Shown piece by piece: positions 20,255 through 29,698 of a stretch of 64,000 bases of DNA. Every line of letters begins with the position of its first letter. The first letter of the stretch is position 1. The position numbers and the translations under genes were made by a program. Under the pieces are notes generated by a model. That model was not told the DNA's origin, searched no databases, and was given only the letters and a program-made list of their open reading frames with translations. The stretch comes from Myxococcales bacterium (lineage in GTDB: Bacteria > Myxococcota_A > Polyangia > Polyangiales > DASUME01): assembly GCA_047601445.1 (NCBI GenBank), contig JASGJH010000001.1:6432001-6496000 (forward strand), read 5' to 3'.

Positions 20255-21109
20255 CTACGGACAGCGCTCCACGATGCGGGCCGAGTCGATCAGCAGCGAC
20301 GCTCCGCTGGTGGGCACGCCGCCCTCGGCGGCCGGCTTGAGCATGAGTACGGGAAAGGCTGTGTCCGACTGGAAGGTCACGCAGATGGGCTTCCAGTCGG
20401 TGCTGTCCGCGATGGACGCAGAACGACCGAGCACCACACCCGCCCGATTGCCCTCACAGCGCGTGCCGGTCTCACCACGCACCTCGAGAAAAAGCGGGCT
20501 CCCTCCCGCGCTGTCGGCGATGGCCTGCAGCTGCAGATGAACGGGTTCGTTCACCGGGACCGGTTGCTCCAGGTTCTGTCGAACCGCCACGAAATCGGCC
20601 AAGCTGAAGGTACTCGGCACGAAGGACAGGTAGTCGCCCATGGCAGTCTTGACGCCCGCCACGGGCTTCGAGTTGGTGGTCACGGAGAAGGGCCAGCACG
20701 CATACCAGCCGCTCAACTCCGTCGTGATCGGGAGCGGCACCACCTGCAGGATGGTCTGGGCGATGTCGCGGATGACCACGTCACCGTCGATGCCGCCACC
20801 GCGCTCGAAGTCCGGATTGGTGATCACAAGGTTTGGCGTGAAGGCCGGGCCCGCCTCGGGCCGCTCCTCGTCAGGCTCGGGGTCTCCCGCGTCGTGCTCA
20901 GGGCTCGGTGTGGGCGCCGGATGCAGCCCAGCATCCACGGAGCACGGCAGGTCGAAGTGAGCGCACTCGGTGCCGATCAACACCGTCTCTTGGCAGCCGC
21001 CGAGCACGCCCGCGGCCATCATCAGCGCCGCCGGAAGGCCGAAGCGCGGTGAGGCCACGGGAGTTGTTGCCTCGCTCACGCGTATGTCTTGTTGCGCGCT
21101 CCGAACCAT
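20255..21109 (-). CDS. Hypothetical lipoprotein with possible carbohydrate-binding-like beta-sandwich
   Basis: Lipobox LGGC, DAG linker, NLVITNPDFE motif. Start uncertain (21109 or GTG 21079). Confidence 0.55.
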   Translation of the reverse strand: MVRSAQQDIRVSEATTPVASPRFGLPAALMMAAGVLGGCQETVLIGTECAHFDLPCSVDAGLHPAPTPSPEHDAGDPEPDEERPEAGPAFTPNLVITNPDFERGGGIDGDVVIRDIAQTILQVVPLPITTELSGWYACWPFSVTTNSKPVAGVKTAMGDYLSFVPSTFSLADFVAVRQNLEQPVPVNEPVHLQLQAIADSAGGSPLFLEVRGETGTRCEGNRAGVVLGRSASIADSTDWKPICVTFQSDTAFPVLMLKPAAEGGVPTSGASLLIDSARIVERCP

Positions 21110-21238
21110 CTGACTCGACCGACCTTGGACCACCTTACCGGATCTCGCTCGGCGTAGGCTGACCCAATAGGTTCGCCGCGTTGTCCGCCTGGACAAGCAC
21201 GTCGGCGTGGCGACTTCGGTGCTCCAGATCGCCACGTC

Positions 21239-21272
21239 GCGATTGACCCCGGGGGGCCAGCGATTGACCCCG
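21239..21272 (+). promoter_or_regulatory. 13-bp perfect direct repeat with 21-bp period; candidate activator binding site
   Basis: GCGATTGACCCCG at 21239-21251 and 21260-21272, in the divergent intergenic region. Confidence 0.5.
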
Positions 21273-21435
21273 ACCGCTCATCCTTAGCGTATCGCGCCGT
21301 GGGTTTAGCGCAGACGGACAAAGTTCGCGGCGTGCGCTCCTGTCGTATGACCACTTCTTGGCGTTCGTATAGGGTGCCTCTCGAGCGTCGCAATCGAGGC
21401 GGATTGCGGCGCCAGAGTGGTTCCTGGAGGACGTC

Positions 21436-22677
21436 ATGGCCTTGATCTCACGCAGCCTACTTAGCCTCGCCATGCTCGGCGCCCTTGTTGGTGTCTCGGC
21501 CTGTGGTGATGAGGATCCCAAAGAAGGTGGTTCGGTCGACCAATCCGTCGGCGTGGGCCGCTGGGGCGGTGATTGCAAAGACGGCGCAGCGCGCTGCAAC
21601 GACAAGTTCGGCGCGCCGCTGTGCCCGGTGACCTCAGGTTTTCCAGGCGACGACTTGGCCATTTGCGAGCCCGCGGGTCTGACCGACGGCATCCTGCTGC
21701 ACTACGGTCCCAAGGATTACAACAATCCTGAAGAAATTAAGAAGTACACCCTGGCCGCGTACGGCGAGAACGAGAACTGCGTCTACATCCGCACCACCAA
21801 CACCGAGCCGGTCTGGGTCAATCGTTTCCACGGCCGCATGCGCCCCAACTCGCACCACTTGATCGTCACCATCGCGCCGAAGTGGCCCGAGGGCGTGGTC
21901 GAGGGCGAGCCGGTGGCTTGCGACCAGGGCGAGGCGTTTGGTTCCCGCTGGTTGCTCGGCTCTCAGGATGAGCAGATCGATCTCGAGGTACAGGGCACGA
22001 CTCCAGGCTCCAAGCCTGCGGTTCCCGGCGATCCCGAGTACGGCTCGGGCTCGGTGGTCCAGCCCAACAGCATCTTGCGTCTCGACATGCACTACGTGAA
22101 CGGCACCGACAAGGAGATCCTCCGCGAGGGTTGGGTCTACTTGAAGGCCGTGCCCGCCGCGGAGGTCGTCGTGCCGGTGGACATGATCACGTTCTTCCAG
22201 GGCAACATCGACGTGCCGCCGAACAGCAAGGGCACCAAGACCGCGCGCGGTCGCTGTCAGGTTCCCGAAGAGCGCTACGTGGGCATGGTCACGGGCCACT
22301 TCCACAAGAACGGGACCCGTTTCAGCGTGTGGTACGAGCCTCAGGGCGGCACACCCCAGCTCATCTACCAGACGCACGACTGGGACACGCCCGGCAACGC
22401 CTGGTTCACGCCGCGCATCACCAACCCGGTGGTCAACGACGAGAACATCTGGGGCGCCACCAGCGGCTACCTGAAGGTGAAGCCCGGCGACTTCATCAGC
22501 TTCGAGTGCGAGTTCGACAACCCCACCTCCACGCCGATCGCCTTCGGCGAGCTCGGTCGCGATCAGATGTGCAACGTGTTCGGCTTCTACTACCCGAGCA
22601 ACGGCGACGTCTGGAACTGCGGCTGCGCGGGCGAACTCTGCTTCGGCGGCAACGAAGCCAACACCCTGGGCATGTAA
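21436..22677 (+). CDS. Copper type II ascorbate-dependent monooxygenase-like (PHM/DBH) lipoprotein
   Basis: Lipobox VSAC; SHHL and MHYVN (CuH-type His); GHFHKNG and DQMC (CuM-type HxH..Met); ECEFDN. Confidence 0.75.
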   Translation: MALISRSLLSLAMLGALVGVSACGDEDPKEGGSVDQSVGVGRWGGDCKDGAARCNDKFGAPLCPVTSGFPGDDLAICEPAGLTDGILLHYGPKDYNNPEEIKKYTLAAYGENENCVYIRTTNTEPVWVNRFHGRMRPNSHHLIVTIAPKWPEGVVEGEPVACDQGEAFGSRWLLGSQDEQIDLEVQGTTPGSKPAVPGDPEYGSGSVVQPNSILRLDMHYVNGTDKEILREGWVYLKAVPAAEVVVPVDMITFFQGNIDVPPNSKGTKTARGRCQVPEERYVGMVTGHFHKNGTRFSVWYEPQGGTPQLIYQTHDWDTPGNAWFTPRITNPVVNDENIWGATSGYLKVKPGDFISFECEFDNPTSTPIAFGELGRDQMCNVFGFYYPSNGDVWNCGCAGELCFGGNEANTLGM

Positions 22678-23157
22678 ATGAAAAAGTCAGTATTCGTAGT
22701 CTCGAGTCTCCTGGTGTTGGCCTGCGGCGATAATGGCGACCAGGAAGGCCACACCAACGAACGTTCCGTACTCGAGGATGTCGACACGGACGCCGTCAAC
22801 ACCATGCTCGATCCCAACGAGTACCCCACGTTCCGCTTCAGCAGCTTGATGAAGCCGTACGAGGACTCGGCGGGCTGTCTGGCACTCCATGCGAGCAAGA
22901 ACCCGGCCGAGACCGACGACCAGACCACCTGTCGCTGCAACAAGTGCGTCGAAAACATGCAGGAGTGCGACGTGCTCCAGGGCTGCACGGAGATCGCGGC
23001 CTGCTCCAAAGAGACCGGCTGCACCGACGAGTACTCCTGTTATCTCTTGCCGGGCGCGCCCTGCGTGGACGTGATCGATCGCTGGGGCAATGCCTCGGTG
23101 GCCGTCACTGTGTCCATCGACCTGCTGAACTGTTCCAAGCTCAACAAGTGTCAGTGA
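22678..23157 (+). CDS. Small Cys-rich lipoprotein
   Basis: Lipobox VLAC, more than 12 Cys; starts immediately after the upstream stop (TAA-ATG). Confidence 0.7.
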   Translation: MKKSVFVVSSLLVLACGDNGDQEGHTNERSVLEDVDTDAVNTMLDPNEYPTFRFSSLMKPYEDSAGCLALHASKNPAETDDQTTCRCNKCVENMQECDVLQGCTEIAACSKETGCTDEYSCYLLPGAPCVDVIDRWGNASVAVTVSIDLLNCSKLNKCQ

Positions 23158-23249
23158 TCTCGACCTGAGTCTTTTGGTTGGTTTCGGTCTGAGCCTTTTT
23201 TGCTTGCTCCCGTGATGTCGCGCGGGGGCAGGGTTGGGGAGTTTATAAA

Positions 23250-24881
23250 ATGAAGCGCTTTCCATGGTTGAAGCTTCGTAAGAAGACCGATCCCGAGCTC
23301 CCTCTCGAGCCGCCGATCTGGCTCAATAACCACTCCAACGGCGAGTACTACCACCAGCAGACCCCGCGCGAAGCCGCCATGAAGGAGGAGATCCTCAAGC
23401 GTGCGGACGAGCAGGCGCGTCACCTCGGCATGGAGCGCCGCGAATTCTTGGCGAGCTCCATGGGCATGGTCACGAGCCTGGCCGTACTCAACCAGATGGG
23501 CTGCTCGAGCTCCGATGGCAAGCCTAGCAGCGGCGTCGTCAACGGCCCCTACCTCACGCCGGTCGAGGCCATGTGCGAAGACTCGGACGTCCTCAAGGGC
23601 GACGAGTTCATCTTCGACATCCAGACCCACAGCTTCGACCACGGCGAGTGGCGCACCAGCAACACGGTGTACCCCACGTTCCTTGGTCTGCTCGGTGGCT
23701 GCGGAACGGAGCGCGCCGACAGCCTCGATTGCTTCGACCAGGAGCGTTACGCGCGCCTGATGTTCGCCGAGAGCGACACCACCATGGCCGTGATCACCTC
23801 GTGGCCGGCGGCTACCTGTGACGCGGATCGCGCGCTCTTCCAGCGCCAGGCCAAGGCCTGCGGCCTGCCGCTCTCCAACGACGGTATGCGCAACCTGCGT
23901 GACTGGGTCAATCAGCGCGCCGCCTCGCAGCGCCTGGTGAACCAGGTGCAGATCATGCCGAACGACAACCTCGAGCTGCAGCTCGAGATCATGAAGGCAG
24001 CCATCGAGGACACGAAGTGGGGTGCGGTGAGCTGGAAGTGCTATCCGGCCTGGCGCTCGGACAGCTACCCCTCCGTCGAGGGCTACGCGCGCGGCTACTT
24101 CCTGAGCGACAAGATCGGCCGCAAGTTCATCGAGACCGGCCTCGAGCTCGGCGTGCCCAACTTTGCAGTCCACAAGGGTCTGCCCATCCCCGGCTTCGAC
24201 GTCGAGCACAACATGCCGACCGAGATCGGCACGGTGGCCAAGGATTATCCGCAGGCCAACTTCATCATCTACCACTCCGCCATCGGCGCGGGCATGGCCT
24301 TCAGCCTCACCGACAGCTTCGCCGGTCCCATGACCGAGCTCGATCCGTTCAACCCTGCCGATCCGAATCCGCGTGGCTCCAACATGCTGATCAAGTCGGT
24401 GGTGGACGCCGGCCTCGGACCGGGCTCCAACGTGTACGCCGAGCTCGGCAGCGCCTGGTCCAACGTGATGAGCAACACCACGGCCGCCCAGCACTTGATC
24501 GGTAAGCTGCTCAAGTACATCGGCGAGGACAACGTCGTGTGGGGCACGGACTGCATCCTTTCTGGCAGCCCGCAGGCGCAGATCGAGGCCTTCCGCATGT
24601 TCACCATCACGGAGCAGTTCCAGGAGCAGTTCGGCTACCCGGCGCTCACCAAGGAGATCAAGGCCAAGATCTTCGGCCTCAACGCCGCCAAGATCTTCGG
24701 CATCGACCCCGACCTTCGTCGCTGCACGGTGAAGAAGGACTCGTTCGCAGAGACGCGCCGTCAGCTCGACGGTGAGTACGGTCCGCGCCGCCACACGGTC
24801 CAGCCCCCGCTGGGCCCCACCAATCGCCGCGAATTCCTGGCCTCGGCACGCAAGAGCATCGCCGAGGGCAAGCCGGCCTGA
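23250..24881 (+). CDS. Amidohydrolase (Amidohydro_2-like) with internal twin-arginine motif
   Basis: DIQTH, VHKG, IYHS, VVWGTD, KIFGLNAAKIFG; RREFLAS followed by a hydrophobic stretch and MGC. Confidence 0.85.
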   Translation: MKRFPWLKLRKKTDPELPLEPPIWLNNHSNGEYYHQQTPREAAMKEEILKRADEQARHLGMERREFLASSMGMVTSLAVLNQMGCSSSDGKPSSGVVNGPYLTPVEAMCEDSDVLKGDEFIFDIQTHSFDHGEWRTSNTVYPTFLGLLGGCGTERADSLDCFDQERYARLMFAESDTTMAVITSWPAATCDADRALFQRQAKACGLPLSNDGMRNLRDWVNQRAASQRLVNQVQIMPNDNLELQLEIMKAAIEDTKWGAVSWKCYPAWRSDSYPSVEGYARGYFLSDKIGRKFIETGLELGVPNFAVHKGLPIPGFDVEHNMPTEIGTVAKDYPQANFIIYHSAIGAGMAFSLTDSFAGPMTELDPFNPADPNPRGSNMLIKSVVDAGLGPGSNVYAELGSAWSNVMSNTTAAQHLIGKLLKYIGEDNVVWGTDCILSGSPQAQIEAFRMFTITEQFQEQFGYPALTKEIKAKIFGLNAAKIFGIDPDLRRCTVKKDSFAETRRQLDGEYGPRRHTVQPPLGPTNRREFLASARKSIAEGKPA

Positions 24882-24919
24882 AACGCCCCCGCACAGCCGA
24901 GAAGTTTGGAGAACCTTGC

Positions 24920-26380
24920 ATGAAGATGTCGAGCAAACACCTGGCGCCGGCGGCGGCGCTGTTGTGGGTCCTTACGGGTTGTGCGGGCGATGAGAAGGAA
25001 GACGGGGATGCCAACGCCACGTCGGTCTGGCCTTCTTATGGACACGACGGGAAGAACACGCGCTTCAACGCCGAAGAGACCGCCATCACGCGCGACAACG
25101 TGAGCAAGTTGGTCAAGAAGTGGGACTCGGTGTCGGTCGGCACCACGCACTGGGGCGTGACCAGCACGGTCGCAGTGACCGACGGTGTCGCCTATTTCGG
25201 CGACTGGGGCGGCATGCTGTTCGCCGTGGACGCCAAGACAGGCAAGAAGGTGTGGCGCACGCAGCTTGCACCCGCCACCACGGGCCTCAGCGCGCAGCTC
25301 AACGCCTCGCCCTTCGTCAGCGAAGATCGCGTCTATCTCGGCGGCGTGGACAACGCGGTGTACTCGGTGGATCGCAAGACCGGCGAGCCCATCTGGAAGC
25401 CTTCCGCGCTGGCGGGCAACCAGAGCAGCGTCATCCTGTGGTCGTCGCCCAACGTCGTCGACAACACGCTGCTCATCGGCGTGGGCTCCTTCGAGGTGTT
25501 CACGGGCGCTCCGGGCGCCTACACCTTTCGGGGCAACCTTGTGATGATGGACGCCACTTCCGGCGCCGTGCAGCACACCACGTACGTCACCAACGGCGAC
25601 GATACGTCCGGCTACGGCTGTTCCATCTGGGGCTCGGCTGCCATCGACACCGACCGTAAGACCGCCTACGTGGGCGTGGGTCAGTCCTACTCCGCGCCGG
25701 CGAGCACGCTGTCGGACTCGGTGATCGCGGTGGACTACACCACGGGCGAACTCAAGTGGGGTTACCAGTTCACCATGAACGACATCTGGACCGCTTCGGC
25801 CGGCAACGGCGAGGACTGGGATGTCGGCGCGAGTGTGGTGCTCTACGAGGTCAACGGTCAGCCCCTGGTGGGCGCTGGTGACAAGGGTGGCCACTTCTAC
25901 GCGCTGAACCGCGACACCGGCACGCTGGTGTGGGGCACCGAGCTCACGCCGGGCGGCCGCACCGGAGGCGTGATGGCTTCGCCCGCGGTGGCCGACGGCG
26001 TCATCTACGTGTACTCGAACGACGGTATCGCGGAGAACTTCGGCAGCGACGGTCCCACGGCGGGCTCGGCGTTCGCCATCGACGGCGCCACCGGCAATCA
26101 CATCTGGGAAACCAAGTTCCAGCAGGGCGCCTTCGGCGGTATCGCCGTGGCGAACGGCTTGATGTTCTTCACCACGCTCGACGGCAGCATTCACGCGCTC
26201 AACACCGAGAATGGCCAAGAGCTGTGGACCGACAAGCTCCTCGGCGGCATGGCCACGGAGTCTGCCGGCGGCGTCACGGTGGCGGGCGGCATGGTTTACG
26301 CCGGTGCAGGTTGGGACTGGGCGCCCCTTGCGGACCCGCCCCCCGGTGGAGTAACAGCGTACGCTCTGCCCGAGAAATGA
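24920..26380 (+). CDS. PQQ-binding-like beta-propeller lipoprotein (polyvinyl-alcohol-dehydrogenase-like)
   Basis: Lipobox LTGC, WPSYGHD, repeated AxDxxTGxxxW blades, DWDVGAS, AGDKGG. Confidence 0.85.
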   Translation: MKMSSKHLAPAAALLWVLTGCAGDEKEDGDANATSVWPSYGHDGKNTRFNAEETAITRDNVSKLVKKWDSVSVGTTHWGVTSTVAVTDGVAYFGDWGGMLFAVDAKTGKKVWRTQLAPATTGLSAQLNASPFVSEDRVYLGGVDNAVYSVDRKTGEPIWKPSALAGNQSSVILWSSPNVVDNTLLIGVGSFEVFTGAPGAYTFRGNLVMMDATSGAVQHTTYVTNGDDTSGYGCSIWGSAAIDTDRKTAYVGVGQSYSAPASTLSDSVIAVDYTTGELKWGYQFTMNDIWTASAGNGEDWDVGASVVLYEVNGQPLVGAGDKGGHFYALNRDTGTLVWGTELTPGGRTGGVMASPAVADGVIYVYSNDGIAENFGSDGPTAGSAFAIDGATGNHIWETKFQQGAFGGIAVANGLMFFTTLDGSIHALNTENGQELWTDKLLGGMATESAGGVTVAGGMVYAGAGWDWAPLADPPPGGVTAYALPEK

Positions 26381-26404
26381 AGCAGCATGAGGAGTGGGAA
26401 GTAC

Positions 26405-26887
26405 ATGCGCCTTAACAAGGTCCTGTCTTTGAGCTTGATGACGATCGCTGGGATGCTGGCCACGGCCTGCGGTGGCGACGATCCGGAGAGCGCGCCGTCC
26501 GAGGGACAAATCGCGGAGATCCTCGGCGTGGGCCAGCTCGGCAGCTGCTCCATTTCGAGCTGCCACGGTACGGACACGGCGAGCGCCGGTCTCGACTTCA
26601 TGAACGCCACGAGCCTCCACGATCTGTTGGTGGACAAGCCGTCCTGCGAAGCCCCCAAGTTCAAGCTGGTGGACCCCGGCAGCCCCGAGACCAGCTGGCT
26701 CTACCTCAAGCTCACGGCCCCCGCGGACGCCAAGCGCAAGCTGGAGGAGAACCCCGACTGGGGCGAGCCCGGCACGGGTTGCGAAGAGGCCTCTGGCTTC
26801 GGCAAGCGCATGCCGGAGACCGGCCAGGAGCTGAGCGAGGACAAGAAGGAACAGATTCGGAAGTGGATTGCCGCCGGCGCCCCCTGA
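26405..26887 (+). CDS. Cytochrome c-like lipoprotein (CX4CH)
   Basis: Lipobox-like ATAC; CSISSCHG; LVDPGSPETSWLYLKL; RMP; IRKWIAAGA C-terminal helix. Start moved to ATG 26405. Confidence 0.65.
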   Translation: MRLNKVLSLSLMTIAGMLATACGGDDPESAPSEGQIAEILGVGQLGSCSISSCHGTDTASAGLDFMNATSLHDLLVDKPSCEAPKFKLVDPGSPETSWLYLKLTAPADAKRKLEENPDWGEPGTGCEEASGFGKRMPETGQELSEDKKEQIRKWIAAGAP

Positions 26888-27088
26888 GCCCGTGAGCGGG
26901 GCAAACACATAAGGTTGCTCCGCATTTTCATCTCCGGCTGAGCCGCTAGCCAGCGTTTACCCGGCCCCATTGGTTGGCTGGGTCAACGTTTGTGTACTTT
27001 CGGTCTACCGGCCGTGGCCTTCTCGAAGGCATCCTGCGCCCACCTTTCTTCCAAGAATAGGTTGGACCTCTCGCGACAAGAGAACAGG

Positions 27089-28184
27089 ATGACCGCGCTC
27101 TCCTATACAGGTCCCTTGAACGAAGCCACGGCCAGCAGTGCGCTGGCCTGGCCGGCGGTGGGCCGCGTCATGGCCCGGGGGCTTCCGGCGAACACCGTGA
27201 CGAGGCCCGCGGGGCTGCGTCTGGGGCAGTTGGCCGATAGCCGAGTGCGCATCCCGGTGCGCGCGCTGCACCAGCTTTGGAACCAGAGCGCCGAGCTACT
27301 CAACGAGCCGCATCTCGGGCTCGAGACCCTCAGCCTGCTCAACAACACGGTGTCGTGGCCTGAGCCCTTCTCGCTCTACGAGAGCCTATTCCGTTGCAGC
27401 AACACCATGCGCGAGGGCGTGGACCGGCTCGCGCGCTACGCGCGCATCCTGCGGGATGGTTTTGGCGGACACATCGAGGAGCGCGGCGAGGCCAGCCTGA
27501 TTCTGCTTCGAGCTGGCCGACAACGAGCCCTGGCCGTTGGTGGAGCTGCACGTGGGCATGGCGATGCTCCTGCAGCGCCGTGTGTTGCCCGGCCATGCGG
27601 GCACGCGCGAGGTTTGGTTCCGGCGCTCCGTGCCCCAGAATCGCGCCTTGTTCGAGCGCTTCTTCGGCGTGCCGCTGCGCTTCAACGCGCCCGAGAACGC
27701 GCTCCTGGTGGACACTGCGTCGCTCTCCGAGCGGCTGCCCCATGCCGATGCCGGCGTCATGAACACGCTCGAGTGGCGCGCCAACGCCCAACTCGAGAGC
27801 TTGCCTGACCTCGAGAACGTCCTCGAGCGCGTCAAGCGCGCCCTGCTCGATGGGATCGCCGAGGGCGACGTGCGCGTGGAGCGTATCGCCAAGAAATTGG
27901 CCCTGTCGCCGCGCACGTTGCACCGCCGTCTGCAGGCGGAGGGCGAGTCGTTCCAGAGCTTGCTCGACAGCACACGCTGCGATCTCGCCAAGCGCGATCT
28001 GGCGTCCGGCCGCTACGCCGTGGGCGAGGTGAGCCGGCGCGTGGGCTTCACCAGCGTCAGCGCGTTCAGCCGCGCGTTCAAGTTGTGGACCGACAGCACG
28101 CCGCTGGCTTTCCAGCAGCGCGCCATGTCGTTTACCGCTGCGGGTCCCGGTGCTTGGGACAGCGAGCGAGCGGAGCACGGTTGA
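27089..28184 (+). pseudogene. AraC family transcriptional regulator split by a +1 frameshift (possibly a sequencing error)
   Basis: Ligand-binding half is in ORF 26990; HTH half (LSPRTLHRRL, VGFTSVSAFSRAFKLWT) is in ORF 27537. Removing one T at 27501/27502 joins them. Confidence 0.8.
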
Positions 28185-28185
28185 C

Positions 28186-29541
28186 GTGACTTCTTTGTGG
28201 AGGCGTGGGGCCCCGCTGTGTGGCCTCGTGCTGGCGAGTTGGGTTAGCTCTGCGCACGCAGGTCCGCTCGAGACCATGCGCAGCATTGCCTTCCATCCTT
28301 CGGATCCGGCGACCTACGCTGCGGTCTACAACGAGGCCGGAGGCGGGCTGCTCATCACTCACGACGGCGGAAGCAGCTTCCAGCTTGCATGCACCTCCTA
28401 CGTGATCGGCAAGCGCTACCTGGAGAGCGTGCTGCCCGTGGTCTCCTACACGCCGGATGGGCACCTCGTGGTCGCCACCTTCGATGGCTTGTTCCGCGAC
28501 GACGGCGCCGGCTGCAACTTCACCCACGCGACCGAGCTCGGAGATCGCTACGTGGTGGGACTCACCAGCGATCCGACTCAGCCGAGCACGCTGTACGCGC
28601 TGACCTCCTCGGGCGGCGAACAGAACGGCATCTATCGCTCCACCGATCAGGGCGCCACGTGGTCGCCTTTCGGCGCCCTCGAGCAGGCGTTCTTTCGCAC
28701 GCTCTACATCGTCCCGCTGCCCGGAGGCGGACGCCGCTTCTATGTGTCCCTGGCTGCCCTGGAAGACGGCAGCGTCGCCCTGCAAGCCAGCATCCGCGTG
28801 TCGGAGGACGAGGGCGCGAGCTTCACCGAGTACGCCTTTCCCCAGGACAGCGACATGACCCTCGTGGGCGTGGACGCGCGTGATCCCGACCGCATCTACG
28901 CGGTGGCGCCGGACTTCACTGGCATGAGCGCCAGGCTGCTGGTCAACACGGCCAAGGGCGACCCGCAGGCCTGGAAGGAGCTCGGTAGCGTGGGCTCGCT
29001 GGGCAGCTTCGAGACGCGGCCCGAGGGAGGGTTCTTCGCGGTCGACCTCGAGAGTCGCCAACTCCTGCGCCTGAACGCGAGCGGCGACGGACTCGAGCTG
29101 GTCGATCCCATGCAGATCACCTGCTTTCAAACGAGTCCGCTCACGGGACAGCACTTCTCCTGTGCGACCTTCCGCCTGCTCGAGGCCGACGCCTCGGGGG
29201 TGCACACGGACAAGCTCGTCTTCGACATGAACAACCTCGGGAGCTTCGTGAGTTGCCCGGGGCAGGAGAAGGCGTTGGCCGCGAGCTGTCAGCCCCAGCT
29301 CGACTTCGGGTGGTGCGGCGGGACCCACTTCCCGGACGCGCCGCTGTGTCAGACCAAGTGCGTCGACGACGCGGGGATGTCGTGCGTCGATGGCGGCACT
29401 GAACCGCCCAAGCAGAGCCCAAAGAGCGGCTGCGCGATCTCTGCCATGCCCGCTACGCCCGGCCTGCTCGCGCCCGGAGCCCTTCTGCTCTGGGGGCTTT
29501 GGCGACGCAGGCGACGGCGCGCGAGTTCGGCCTGCGACTGA
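28186..29541 (+). CDS. BNR/Asp-box beta-propeller protein with MYXO-CTERM sorting signal
   Basis: Signal peptide (AHA); Asp boxes THDGGSSF, STDQGATW, SEDEGASF; C-terminal SGC + TM + RRRRRR. Confidence 0.8.
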   Translation: MTSLWRRGAPLCGLVLASWVSSAHAGPLETMRSIAFHPSDPATYAAVYNEAGGGLLITHDGGSSFQLACTSYVIGKRYLESVLPVVSYTPDGHLVVATFDGLFRDDGAGCNFTHATELGDRYVVGLTSDPTQPSTLYALTSSGGEQNGIYRSTDQGATWSPFGALEQAFFRTLYIVPLPGGGRRFYVSLAALEDGSVALQASIRVSEDEGASFTEYAFPQDSDMTLVGVDARDPDRIYAVAPDFTGMSARLLVNTAKGDPQAWKELGSVGSLGSFETRPEGGFFAVDLESRQLLRLNASGDGLELVDPMQITCFQTSPLTGQHFSCATFRLLEADASGVHTDKLVFDMNNLGSFVSCPGQEKALAASCQPQLDFGWCGGTHFPDAPLCQTKCVDDAGMSCVDGGTEPPKQSPKSGCAISAMPATPGLLAPGALLLWGLWRRRRRRASSACD

Positions 29542-29698
29542 CGTGTGTGAGCACCAGCGCGCAGCCGAAGAACTTGGCCCCAGCGCGCACCCGACCAAGC
29601 GCAAACTTGCCTCAGCTGTCCAAAATGCCGAAGGGCAGGTCATTCCCTCGTTCGTCCCTGGCGTGCACACTGCCCGGCGAAAGGCAGGCGGAATCCCC

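Noticed and set aside
24761..26908. 715-aa minus-strand ORF
   Set aside because: Antisense to the PQQ propeller and cytochrome-like genes; no motifs.
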